From Promethearchaeota archaeon (GTDB lineage Archaea > Asgardarchaeota > Lokiarchaeia > Sigyniarchaeales > SOKP01), in NCBI GenBank assembly GCA_019058015.1, contig JAHLWH010000183.1:1-41811 (forward strand): a stretch of 41,811 nt of DNA, written 5' to 3'. Below the pieces are notes generated by a model. That model was not told where the DNA came from. It worked only from the letters and a program-made list of their open reading frames with translations, and made no database searches. Below, one piece after another: positions 10,129-20,326 of this stretch. The position numbers and the translations under genes are program-made. Position 1 is the first letter of the stretch. Each line of letters begins with the position of its first letter.

Positions 10129-11028
10129 CTATAAATTTTTATGCTCTTTCATAAAATTTAGACCTTCATCTAAATTGAAGATTTTCAATTTATTTCCTAA
10201 TATTTTTTTGAGCTTAGATATATTGAGTGAAGCATTTTTTGGTCTAATGGCTTTTTGTTTAAAAAAATCAATTGGGTGGATTAATTTTTGTGAAAAACTA
10301 AAAATTTCAGCACATTTTACTGCAATTTCATATCGACTTAGTGCATAATCTCCAGCAGTATGAATGATCCCTGATTTATTATAATCAATTAAATGGAGTA
10401 AAATTTCCGCCAAGTTATTTGCTAAGGTTGGTGAATTTATTTGTTCAGTAACAATATTTATTTTATTACCTTTTTCTAGATTATTTAATATCCAAGTTAT
10501 GAAATTTTGCCTATACGGATACCAACCATACAAAACAGCAGTTCTACAAATCAAATAATCAACTCTTGTTTTTATAATGCGTTTTTCACCTTCAAATTTC
10601 GTTTTTGCATAGTAGCTTAATGGCTTCGGTTCATCAATTTCTGAATAATCTCCTTTTTTCCCGTCAAATACAAAATCTGTTGAGAGGACTATTATTTTTG
10701 AATTAATTTCCCTACATCCTAAAGCTACATTTTCAGGACCAAGAATATTTAAATCATGAGCGAGTTTCTTCTCATCTTCACATTTATCAACATCAGTATA
10801 GGCTGCAGTTAAAATAACAGTATCTGGGTTTATTTTTTTTATAGTCTCGATAGTTTTTTCCTTATTTGTTATATCAATTCTCTGAAAATCAATTTCTTTT
10901 GGGATTGTATTGTTTTGAATGTCTGCAGCAATTGGAATAAATTTATGGCTGTAGAGTTCATTTTGAATATAGTAAATTAATTTACTCCCTAAAAACCCAT
11001 TTGCTCCTATTAATAGAACTTTTTGCAA
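10129..11028 (-). CDS. rfbD: dTDP-4-dehydrorhamnose reductase
   Basis: GANGFLG, AAYTDVDKCE, STDFVFDG, YAKTK; TTG start. Confidence 0.93.
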   Translation of the reverse strand: MQKVLLIGANGFLGSKLIYYIQNELYSHKFIPIAADIQNNTIPKEIDFQRIDITNKEKTIETIKKINPDTVILTAAYTDVDKCEDEKKLAHDLNILGPENVALGCREINSKIIVLSTDFVFDGKKGDYSEIDEPKPLSYYAKTKFEGEKRIIKTRVDYLICRTAVLYGWYPYRQNFITWILNNLEKGNKINIVTEQINSPTLANNLAEILLHLIDYNKSGIIHTAGDYALSRYEIAVKCAEIFSFSQKLIHPIDFFKQKAIRPKNASLNISKLKKILGNKLKIFNLDEGLNFMKEHKNL

Positions 11029-11059
11029 GATTTCTTAAAACCAATTTTACGTAAAATTT

Positions 11060-12082
11060 TTAACGATCCTTATACATTTCTTCATAATATTTGAGATACT
11101 CTTCATTGACTATATGTTCTAACCAATCTTGATTTTGTAAATACCATTGTACTGTATCTTTTAATCCATCTTCAATATTGGTTTTTGGTTCCCAAGATAA
11201 CTCATTTTTAATTTTATTAAAATTAATAGCGTATCTTAAATCATGCCCAGGTCGGTCTTTTACAAATTTTATTAGAGTTTCTGGTTTATTTAAAATAGAT
11301 AAGAGCTTTTTAACTAAATCTAAATTTGAAATTTCAGAATTCCCTCCAATATTATAGATCTCTCCAGAAATTCCATGCTTTAAAACTAAATATATAGCTT
11401 CACAATGATCTTCTACAAAAATCCAATCTCTAATATTTTGTCCGGTTCCATAGATTGGTAATTCTTGATTATTCATCGCGTTGTTGATCATTAAAGGTAT
11501 TAATTTTTCAGGAAATTGATAAGGACCGTAATTATTTGAAGAACGGGTGATATTGACTGGTAAATTGAAAGTTTTAAAATATGAGCGGACGATTAAATCT
11601 GCCGATGCTTTACTTGCAGAATAAGGGCTATTTGGTTTTAGTAGTAGGTCTTCAGTAAAAGCAGGATCTTTAAAATTTAATGATCCATAGACTTCATCGG
11701 TCGAGATTTGGATAAATTTTTTAATTTTTAATTTTTTTGCTACGTTCAATAAAGATTGAGTTCCTAAGATATTTGTTTTTATGAAAATATCTGGATTATC
11801 AATAGACCTGTCTACATGTGATTCTGCCGCAAAATTTACTAGATAATCGACATTTTCATAGTTTACGATTTCTAAAATATGTTCAAAATCACAAATATCG
11901 CATTTATAAAATTTATATATTTTCTCATCAAAACCTTCAAATTCTATTAGATTTTCGGGATTTCCAGCATATGTTAAATAATCTACATTAATTATTCTGT
12001 ATTCTTTTTGATTTTTTAACATATAGTGAATAAAATTGCTCCCAATGAAGCCCATACCGCCTGTTATTAAAATATTTTTAAT
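11060..12082 (-). CDS. rfbB: dTDP-glucose 4,6-dehydratase; start extended to ATT at 12082
   Basis: FAAESHVDRSI, STDEVYG, PYSASK, DRPGHD. The Rossmann motif (I)KNILITGGMGFIG begins upstream of the ORF-track ATG. Confidence 0.93.
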   Translation of the reverse strand: MKNILITGGMGFIGSNFIHYMLKNQKEYRIINVDYLTYAGNPENLIEFEGFDEKIYKFYKCDICDFEHILEIVNYENVDYLVNFAAESHVDRSIDNPDIFIKTNILGTQSLLNVAKKLKIKKFIQISTDEVYGSLNFKDPAFTEDLLLKPNSPYSASKASADLIVRSYFKTFNLPVNITRSSNNYGPYQFPEKLIPLMINNAMNNQELPIYGTGQNIRDWIFVEDHCEAIYLVLKHGISGEIYNIGGNSEISNLDLVKKLLSILNKPETLIKFVKDRPGHDLRYAINFNKIKNELSWEPKTNIEDGLKDTVQWYLQNQDWLEHIVNEEYLKYYEEMYKDR

Positions 12083-12130
12083 AAAATACCACCTGTTAAC
12101 AAAATCTTTTTTTTATAAATAATTAATAAA

Positions 12131-12169
12131 TTTCATACATTCTAAATTTTTTTCATACATTCTAAATTT
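12131..12169. repeat. Tandem direct repeat, 2 copies of TTTCATACATTCTAAATTT at 20-bp spacing
   Basis: Read directly: tttcatacattctaaatttt tttcatacattctaaattta, between rfbB and the inserted gene. Confidence 0.85.
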
Positions 12170-12272
12170 ATATTATTAAAGAAATGGAGAACTTGTATTA
12201 ACTTTAATTAAAAGATATATATCTTCAGAATTATTGAAACGTAATTTCTATTAAATATAAAACTTTATTCAA

Positions 12273-14255
12273 TTACTTTAAACTCTTTTTTTGTTCTCTT
12301 AAATATTTTATGAGAGAATTTAGAATTAGAACAGATTCAAGAGAGTGATTTTTAAAAAGTATTATTATTTTAGACAATTCTTTTCGTTGCTTATGCTCTA
12401 ATTGTGTTAAAAGATCCTTAGCTCTTCTATATATTGTTATCTTTGAAGCATTAATTTTATTTCCAATTTTCATAACATTTATTGGTTCATTAAAATATTT
12501 GGTACATAAATAAATTGCACCAGTGGCAATTCCTTTGAGGTTTTTCTTTCCAATAGAAAACCTGTTATTCATTGCATTTTCAACCAATTTTATAGCGATC
12601 TTCTTTACTATAGGTGATAAACTAAAATCATCAACAAATTTATCTATATACTTCTTAATTTTATCAATTCTTTTTATGGGAAAATTTTTGTAAGAGAAGG
12701 AATCAAGAGTAATTTGTTTTTTTTTAGTTTGGAGATCAGAATATAATAAATCCGCCATTTTATTATCTTTTATATATTTAATAAACTCCCTATTCCCAAA
12801 ACAATATTTTTCCTTTAATAAAATCTTGCTTGCACTTGCTAATTCAGCTAATTCCATTCTAGAGTGAGAATTGTATAATGCACTATTAGCTAATTCTACC
12901 ACATGATTAAATTCATCTAATAATTTCCCTTCAAAACCCATAAAATCAGCAAATTCTTTATGGTTTAAGATTTTGATATGTTCTCTAAAAAATATCTTGA
13001 CATCTCTCGGAATTTCTTGATGTAATCTTTTTGATGCACCCAACGGGACTAAAATTAACATTTTTTCCTTTCCTTGATAACCTCTTTGACATTTCCTGAT
13101 TGCTTTTTTCATAGAATATCCAATATAAAAATCCACATTTATTTCTTTAATTTCTTCTTTTATTTTTTTAATCACATTTTGTTTAGATTCGATTGCACCT
13201 TTAAAAACTTCATTTCTCATAATAGTTAAATCAGGAGCCTTTGTGTTATCTCTTAAACTTGTTTTAGATTCTATAAAAGTATTACATTCCAAATTTCTCG
13301 TATGTTCTATACAAATCCTCTCAACACTCCAATGGGTATTTTTACCCGCTTCTATTGTAATATCAAAATTATTAGGAAAATATCCAAGTTTTTCTTCGAC
13401 CTCAGAAATTCTTATTCCTCTTTTATTAAATGCAGATAATATACTAGTGTGTCCATATTTTATGAATTGTTCTAAGGTTGGTACTTGCCTTTTTCCAAGT
13501 TTAATTCCTTCTAAATTAAATAATTTATTTTTTACATCTTTTATAACTGGTTCTAAAAAATCTGGTGCGCTTTGGCTATTCAAATCCTTATATTTTTTGT
13601 GATCGTAAAGATTTTCATAACCCAACTTTCTAAACATATTATTTAAAGTAATTCCTTTTGTATAGGCTATAGTTAATAAGCTTCCATAACCACATTGGGT
13701 AATTTGATCTAAAGTGGGCGCTTCTTTGATTCCAAGTGGTGCTTGATTGTGTATTTTTCTTTTCTTGTTGATTTTATTTACTACATCTTCGATAATTTTT
13801 TTAAATATATCTGGTGCTGTATTTTTATTTAAATCCCTATATTTAGTATCCCGTACAACTTCTCGAGATTCTAAACCATATTCTTTCACTTTCTTTTGTA
13901 CAACATCAGGTTGTATTGTCAATCCTTCTATTTCCTCCATTTTTGAGATTTTGTTTGTAGTGTAATTAGTGCTCTTAAGCTAATGGATAATATATTTCTC
14001 AATCCATTTCTCACTATTAATTATTTTAATTTTATATAATAATTCTTCTTTTTCATTAGGTTTGAGCTTTTCATAATTTTTTACAAATTTCTTGAAATCA
14101 GGTCTTAGTATAAAACCATAATTGACATGGCCATACTTCTTATCTTCACAGTTAGAATATTCTTTATATAAAGTTGTTAATTTAGGATATAATAAGTTAT
14201 TATCAAAAATTTTTTCATCAAATTTCTTCTCAATTTCAGGTAGAAAATCGTTCAT
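12273..14255 (-). CDS. About 660-codon gene: HTH-like segment, two ~75-aa repeats, putative PD-(D/E)XK nuclease and C-terminal TFIIB cyclin-fold domain; one in-frame TAG at 13980-13982 (possible pseudogene)
   Basis: ORFs 13980..14255 and 12273..13940 share a frame and are joined by an open linker (*LKSTNYTTNKISK-M). Repeats KY(R/K)DLN..APD...PTL(D/E)Q...KLGY. GKNTHWSVE...PDLTI...VDF. C-terminus YIDKF..GKKNLKGIATGAIYL..SKITIYRRAKDL resembles TFB repeat 2. Confidence 0.6.
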
Positions 14256-14881
14256 TTTTTAACGTGTTCCAATTAAAACTTCCTACATTTTTCTACAGAA
14301 ACATTAATAATTTTTAACATATAACTTAATTGACCTTAACAATTTTTAATAAAATAGATTATCACAAATTCTGCCTTTTGTTAAATCCTTATCATCTCAG
14401 AAAAAATAAAATCCTTATTTTTAATTGGATACTTCTTCCTCTTTTTAGTTTTTTGAAAACTTTTATATTCCTTTATTATCTATTCGGAAAAGAAATTTGT
14501 AATCCCGTAAAATTTACAATACAATTAAATAATCGATATAATTCATTATTTACTTTAATAACACTTTTAATATAACACCTACGTTTTTTAGCATCTCTGA
14601 AAAATTAATTTCAAAAATCTCTTATTTCATAAATCGATGATAGGTATTTTTTTATCTCAACATTTGATGAGATAGTTCGAATCATCTAAAAATTGCTATT
14701 ACTAAAATATATTTGATTCTAAGTACTGCATAAAAAAAGGTTAAGAAAAATTTTTTCAATCAAAGATATAACGCTTTATTTCGCGCAAAAAAAGCTTAGT
14801 GAGGTCCAAAACTTTTTTAATTTTTATAACTGATATATCTTTAGATTTTCAGATTGGTTTCTCCCTTTTTCCTTTTATATT

Positions 14882-15346
14882 TTAACCCATTTTAATTTCC
14901 CAATCATAACCTATTTCTTTTGCATTATATGGTAATCGATATTCATCCGGATTATCATAATTATAAAGCTCCGTTGGACAATTCAAAATTACAGCTTCTT
15001 TTCCTCCAATAGCTTTAAATCCATGCCAAACATGATTGGGAATAGTTAATAATATCGGATTTTTCTCCCCAATAAAAAATTCATTTATCTTTTTATACGT
15101 AGATGAGTCCTTGCGATTATCACATAAAACAACTTTAGCATTTCCCTTAATACATATAAAATTATCTGTTTGAATTTTATGATAATGCCACGCTTTAACT
15201 ACATTCGGATAACCCATTGTAATATATGCTTGCCCAAATTTTTTAAATGTAGGCCAATCCGATCTAAAACATTCCATTAAATACCCTCTTTCATCTGGAA
15301 TTACATTAAGCTTTTTTACTTTGACATCTTCTATTAAACCTTTCAT
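14882..15346 (-). CDS. rfbC: dTDP-4-dehydrorhamnose 3,5-epimerase family cupin
   Basis: DERGYLME, KAWHYH, IPNHVWHGF. Confidence 0.9.
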   Translation of the reverse strand: MKGLIEDVKVKKLNVIPDERGYLMECFRSDWPTFKKFGQAYITMGYPNVVKAWHYHKIQTDNFICIKGNAKVVLCDNRKDSSTYKKINEFFIGEKNPILLTIPNHVWHGFKAIGGKEAVILNCPTELYNYDNPDEYRLPYNAKEIGYDWEIKMG

Positions 15347-15380
15347 AATTTATTTCTCAATCCCTTAAATGTTATTTAAT

Positions 15381-16121
15381 TTATTCTTTATTCAATTGAT
15401 TTTTTATAAAATTGCTACATTTCAATAAAGTCTTAAAAGTTCCTGCATCAGACCAAAATCCTTTAAAAATTTTAGATTTTGTTTTTCCTTTTTTTATATA
15501 ATAATTATTAACATCGGTTATTTCTAATTCTCCCCTTGTTGAATAACCAATCTCCTTAATTACATTTTCAATTATGTTAAAGACATTCTCATTATAAAAA
15601 TATAATCCGGTAACGCATAGGTTTGATTTTGGCTCTTTAGGTTTCTCTTCTATTTTCAAAATCTTCCCGTCTTCATCAATTTCTGCAACCCCAAATCGTT
15701 CTGGATCAGTTACTTCTTTTAAAAATAACATACATTCCCAATCGTTGGAATTTTCAAATTCTTGAACCTCCTCCTTAAAATTATCTTCAAAGATATTATC
15801 ACCTAATATAACAGCGATTCTGTGACCTTTTACTATGTGTTTTGTTAAATTTAGTGCCTCAGCAATCCCACCAGCACCTTCTTGATAAACATAACTAAAC
15901 TTTGCCCCAAATTCTTTTCCATCACCTAGTAATCTAATAAAATCTCCAACGCTTTCTCCACCTAAGACAATTACGATATCATTTATTCCTGAATTAGTTA
16001 AAGTTTTTATTACTTTATATATCATAGGTTCATTATAAACCGCCAATAAATGCTTATTGGTTACTTTTGTTAATGGAGACAATCGAGAACCAGTACCACC
16101 AGCTAATATAACTCCTTTAAT
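15381..16121 (-). CDS. rfbA: Glucose-1-phosphate thymidylyltransferase; start extended to ATT at 16121
   Basis: The frame upstream of the ORF-track start reads (I)KGVILAGGTGSRL. Also NKHLL, LGDNIF, EEKP, RGELEITD, WSDAGT. Confidence 0.92.
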   Translation of the reverse strand: MKGVILAGGTGSRLSPLTKVTNKHLLAVYNEPMIYKVIKTLTNSGINDIVIVLGGESVGDFIRLLGDGKEFGAKFSYVYQEGAGGIAEALNLTKHIVKGHRIAVILGDNIFEDNFKEEVQEFENSNDWECMLFLKEVTDPERFGVAEIDEDGKILKIEEKPKEPKSNLCVTGLYFYNENVFNIIENVIKEIGYSTRGELEITDVNNYYIKKGKTKSKIFKGFWSDAGTFKTLLKCSNFIKNQLNKE

Positions 16122-16255
16122 TTTCGCTCACTATTTTTAATATATCTTCTGATAAACACTAATTATTTATAAATAATATATAGAGAAATTTATTTAAAAA
16201 TTAGTTAGAAACTGATTAATTATAAAACTTTAGAAAAAAATGAATAATCGTCTTT

Positions 16256-16564
16256 CTATAAATTGAGGATTTTGAGTATTCTTCTATTCGTAATATCATA
16301 ATAAATTTTTATTTTACTCACTTTGCTTAAACTCATTGAATTCTTATTAATTTTAACTACTGTAATCACTTTCACTACTAAGGTGTCTTGGAGTTTGTTT
16401 TCATTTTCGATAATATATTGTTGAAATGAAATAGGAAATAAATTAGGAAATTGGCCAAAAAGCAATTTTAATTCATTTAATCCCAAACTTTTTATTAAAA
16501 TATTCGGATTTTCTTCATTTTCCAAAAATTCTTGGACTATTTTTAAATTTAGTATATTTTCCAG
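16256..16564 (-). CDS. Hypothetical protein; possible CTG start at 16564 (ORF-track start 16525)
   Basis: The open frame extends 13 codons upstream to a CTG preceded by GTGAG. No recognisable motif. Confidence 0.5.
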   Translation of the reverse strand: MENILNLKIVQEFLENEENPNILIKSLGLNELKLLFGQFPNLFPISFQQYIIENENKLQDTLVVKVITVVKINKNSMSLSKVSKIKIYYDITNRRILKILNL

Positions 16565-16628
16565 GTTTTCTCACAAATAAATTCTTATTTAATATAATAA
16601 AAAGGAAAAGAATATTTTAAAATAATTT

Positions 16629-17363
16629 TTATTTTAAGTTTAAAGTTTTTCGTTGGAATTCTATTATTTCCTTTATCCCCTTTTTCCCTAGATTTAAAAG
16701 CTCTAGTAATTGTTGATGATCAAATGGATTTTTTTCAGCGGTTCCTTGAACCTCAATAAATTTTTCTTGTTCATTCATTATAATATTCATATCTACATCT
16801 ACTCTAGAATCTTCTTCGTAATTTAGATCTAGTATTGGATTTCCATCTCTCATTCCTACAGATATCGCAGCAGTAATTATATAATCGGGAAATTTCTGAA
16901 TTAAACCTTCACTATGTAGGTATCTTATTGCATCGAACACTGCAACAAATCCTCCAGTTATAGATGCACATCTTGTCCCTCCATCTGCTTGGATTACATC
17001 GCAATCCACTTTTATTGTTCTTTCTCCTAATTGTCTTAAATTAAAAGCCGCTCTTATGCTTCTTCCTATTATTCTTTGGATTTCAATAGTTCTCCCTCTT
17101 AAAAATCCTCTCCTACTCTCTCGATTATTTCTGATTTGTGTTGCTCTCGGAAGCATATTATATTCAGCAGTTATCCAGCCAGAACCTGAATCTTGTAAAA
17201 ATCTTGGGACAGATTCATCAATTGAAGCAGTTATTACTACTTTTGTATTTCCTTGGGAGATTAAGACTGATCCTTCTGGATACATTAAGTAATTACGATC
17301 TATTTGTATTTTGCGTAGGTCATCATTTTTTCTTCCATCAATTCGTTTATCAAATAGTGTCAT
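16629..17363 (-). CDS. rph: Ribonuclease PH, bacterial type
   Basis: GWITAEYNMLPRAT, RES, GRTIEIQRIIGRSIRA, LGERTI, DCDVIQADGGTRCASITG, EVQGTAE. Confidence 0.92.
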   Translation of the reverse strand: MTLFDKRIDGRKNDDLRKIQIDRNYLMYPEGSVLISQGNTKVVITASIDESVPRFLQDSGSGWITAEYNMLPRATQIRNNRESRRGFLRGRTIEIQRIIGRSIRAAFNLRQLGERTIKVDCDVIQADGGTRCASITGGFVAVFDAIRYLHSEGLIQKFPDYIITAAISVGMRDGNPILDLNYEEDSRVDVDMNIIMNEQEKFIEVQGTAEKNPFDHQQLLELLNLGKKGIKEIIEFQRKTLNLK

Positions 17364-17510
17364 TAATCATTACCCGAAATGTTCAATTATTTCTTATAAA
17401 TAACTCTAATCTTATAATTTTTTACATATTGACAAGTGTATAAAGGGTAATAAGGTGTTAATTAATTAGGTAATTTGATTGAGTGTAAATTTATGTGTCT
17501 AATCAAATAT

Positions 17511-18602
17511 TTATTTATTTTCAAAAGATTTTGGAACAAAAGATCCCAAAATTTTATACCAGACAGTGATATCTTTCATTTTTTTAAGAGCTGATTTTAT
17601 TTTTTTGTCATTTTTATGGCCTTCAAAATCCAATAAAAAAATATATTCCCAGAGTCCTTGCCGTCTTGGTCTCGATTCTATTTTTAATAGGTTTATATTC
17701 TCTTCAGCAAATATTTTTAAAACTCCATATAATGCACCTGGAACATGTTTTGTAACAAAAATAATAGATGTTTTATAGCTATCTGATAGTTCCTTACTTT
17801 CTTCTTTGGAAATTACTAAAAATCTTGTATAATTAGATGGATTATCTTCTATTCCTCTTGCGACAATTTCTAAGTTATTAAGATTCGCTGCGATATCGCT
17901 TCCAATTGCAACATTTCTATTATCACTTAACTTCGCAATTTTTTTTACAGCTTGTGCTGTGGAATTTGTTTTAATGATTTCTGCATTAGGAATATTACTT
18001 CTAAGCCAATTTTTAGTTTGAGATATTGCTTGTGGGTGTGAATAGACAGCATTGATTTTATTTATTTGAGTATCTTCAAAGCCTATTAAGTTTTGAATTA
18101 TCCTAATCTCGAATTCACTATAAATCTTTAAATTTTTTTCAATTAACAAATCCACAGTTTCTCTTACAGTCCCTTGAAGTCTATTTTCAATTGGAAGGAC
18201 TCCATAATCTACTTTTTCAGTTTCTATTTCTTTAAATATATCCATAATAGTATTGGCTTCAATTAATTCAGTTCCAGATTTAGGGAAAAATGTTAAGGCT
18301 GCTTTATGAGCATGAGTTCCTTCTGGCCCTAAATAGCTCACTTTTATTGTTTGTCCTTGAACTTCCTTACAAGCACTTATGATTTCTTTCCAAATTGTTT
18401 TTATATTTGTCCTTAAAAGGAAAGTTTTTTCTTGAACGTTTTTAATTACTGTTTTTTCTCTTTCAGGTTGATAAATATTTATTCCCAATTTTTCCTTTTT
18501 TTCTCCGATTAATTTTGAAATTTCAGCCCTTTTTTCTAATAATTCAACGATCTTTTCGTCCAGTTCGTCAATTAAGGCTCTTAATTTTTTCAAATCTTCC
18601 AT
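17511..18602 (-). CDS. pheA: Bifunctional chorismate mutase/prephenate dehydratase with ACT domain
   Basis: LRALIDELD (chorismate mutase), YLGPEGT, PIEN, SHPQA, NYTRF, KIESRP. Confidence 0.94.
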   Translation of the reverse strand: MEDLKKLRALIDELDEKIVELLEKRAEISKLIGEKKEKLGINIYQPEREKTVIKNVQEKTFLLRTNIKTIWKEIISACKEVQGQTIKVSYLGPEGTHAHKAALTFFPKSGTELIEANTIMDIFKEIETEKVDYGVLPIENRLQGTVRETVDLLIEKNLKIYSEFEIRIIQNLIGFEDTQINKINAVYSHPQAISQTKNWLRSNIPNAEIIKTNSTAQAVKKIAKLSDNRNVAIGSDIAANLNNLEIVARGIEDNPSNYTRFLVISKEESKELSDSYKTSIIFVTKHVPGALYGVLKIFAEENINLLKIESRPRRQGLWEYIFLLDFEGHKNDKKIKSALKKMKDITVWYKILGSFVPKSFENK

Positions 18603-18617
18603 TATTCTTCCTTTTTA

Positions 18618-20312
18618 TTATATTAATTGCTTTCCTAGCAGTTTATTTATATCCATTTCTAAAGCTGCGACAGGAAATTCTAAATTAAAATTTAGAATTA
18701 CTTCAGGGTTAATTTCCCCAATTATTCCAATGGATTCACCATTATACGATATCTTTCCGACTCTTCCTTCAATATAAGTTGGACTATCTGTTGGCGTGAC
18801 TTTAATTTTTTCATTAATTCCAAGTGAAATCGTTAAATGATCTAATAAACTTCTAATCTCTGTGAAATTGGAGTTTTCATGGTATGTAACAGCCGCCAGA
18901 TGTAAATTTTGTCTTGCACCAGTTTCTGTAGATAAATCAAGTTCAATTATTTCTCCAACTTCAAATATTTTAATTGGTTTTTCCTCAGATCTATTATAGA
19001 GTAAATTTTCCATAAGTCCAGGAAGTAATTGTGTTCGAGTAGTATCAAGTTCTTTTGATTTTGGGTTTAAAATTTGTATATGGTCTTTTAAGACATATTC
19101 TCTTTTCATAAAATTATAATGTCTTTCAGAATTTGTAAGCATAAAATTTACAACTTCTAAATATTGTGCTCCAATCATTATTTTTCTAATCAAATTGCAT
19201 AGTTCTTGAAATGGATGAAACTCACCAATACAACCTTCTTGAATAGTTGTTGGTAGATTGAAATAACCATACCCTATAGCACACTCCTCTACAAAATCTA
19301 CAGCATGCATAATATCCACTCTGTATGCTGGAACCCAGATGTCAACCATACCCTTTTCTTTCGAAGGTTTAGCATTAAATCGTACTTTTTGAAAACATTT
19401 AATCATTTCAGTTTCACTTAGATTAACTCCTACATAATCATTAATGTATTTTTTTGATACTGTCCACTTCATTAAATTTAAATCGGGTGTTGTAATTTGC
19501 TTTCCATCTTCATTATAATTTACTTTAACACTCTCTATTTTTGCGCCCATATCTGCTAAAGTTGTAGAAAGAATGTTTAAAGTATAATTAATCGCTCTAA
19601 AATCAGTCCCTGTTATATCAATAAATAAATTTTTTGTCTCATCAGTTACCATTGTAAGAATCCCATTAATTATCGGAGGAAAGGATATAACTTCATTATT
19701 CTTATCGAATATTATTGGATATACTTCTTTACCTTCCAAGATATGTGCATATTTGATTCCTTTTGGATGCTCCTCTAAAATTTCAGCTGGAGTTAATTCA
19801 AAGCGTTCCAGTTGTAATGCACGAAATTTACAACTATCGGGTTTAACTGCTGTGTAAAGATATGGCGGAATAATTTTATCTAAATCATGCACACCTATTG
19901 CAACTTTTTTCCTATCTCTACCAAGAGCCCAGTGCAAGTCTTCTTGAATATTCATTAAAGTCGCAACTTCATCCTCATCTAAATCAATATTTCTAATGAT
20001 TCCTCCCACTATATAGGGTCGAACTTTATTAACTATTGGATCTACATTGATTTCTAATGATCCGGGACTAACTTTATATGTTGGAGCCCCCAATTCTAAT
20101 TCATAATACCCTTTTAAAGTTCTGGCGATACCTTCTGGACTGGAAAAATCAGGTCTGTTTGGACTATATTCTACTTTTATTTTATTTTCTTTCTCATCTA
20201 TGGATTCTAGATCTAAGCCAATCCATTGAAGATCATACTCAAGATCTTTTATATTTAATTTTTTACCGACTAATCTTTCCAATCTTTCTACTTTCAATTC
20301 AAGTGTTGGCAT
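18618..20312 (-). CDS. pheT: Phenylalanine--tRNA ligase beta subunit (archaeal type)
   Basis: MPT start at 20312 behind AGGAGG; PNRPD, RKKVAIGVHDLD, SFPPIING, YRVDIMH. Confidence 0.95.
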   Translation of the reverse strand: MPTLELKVERLERLVGKKLNIKDLEYDLQWIGLDLESIDEKENKIKVEYSPNRPDFSSPEGIARTLKGYYELELGAPTYKVSPGSLEINVDPIVNKVRPYIVGGIIRNIDLDEDEVATLMNIQEDLHWALGRDRKKVAIGVHDLDKIIPPYLYTAVKPDSCKFRALQLERFELTPAEILEEHPKGIKYAHILEGKEVYPIIFDKNNEVISFPPIINGILTMVTDETKNLFIDITGTDFRAINYTLNILSTTLADMGAKIESVKVNYNEDGKQITTPDLNLMKWTVSKKYINDYVGVNLSETEMIKCFQKVRFNAKPSKEKGMVDIWVPAYRVDIMHAVDFVEECAIGYGYFNLPTTIQEGCIGEFHPFQELCNLIRKIMIGAQYLEVVNFMLTNSERHYNFMKREYVLKDHIQILNPKSKELDTTRTQLLPGLMENLLYNRSEEKPIKIFEVGEIIELDLSTETGARQNLHLAAVTYHENSNFTEIRSLLDHLTISLGINEKIKVTPTDSPTYIEGRVGKISYNGESIGIIGEINPEVILNFNLEFPVAALEMDINKLLGKQLI

Positions 20313-20326
20313 TTTGATCCCTCCTG

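Noticed and set aside
12273-13940. Canonical transcription factor B
   Set aside because: It lacks the N-terminal zinc ribbon, B-reader and first cyclin repeat; only one C-terminal repeat is present.
14330-14575. 81-aa plus-strand ORF
   Set aside because: F/L/I/N-rich composition expected from random AT-rich DNA; no motif or ribosome-binding site.
16629-17363. Exosome subunit Rrp41
   Set aside because: Motifs match bacterial Rph and there is no exosome gene context.
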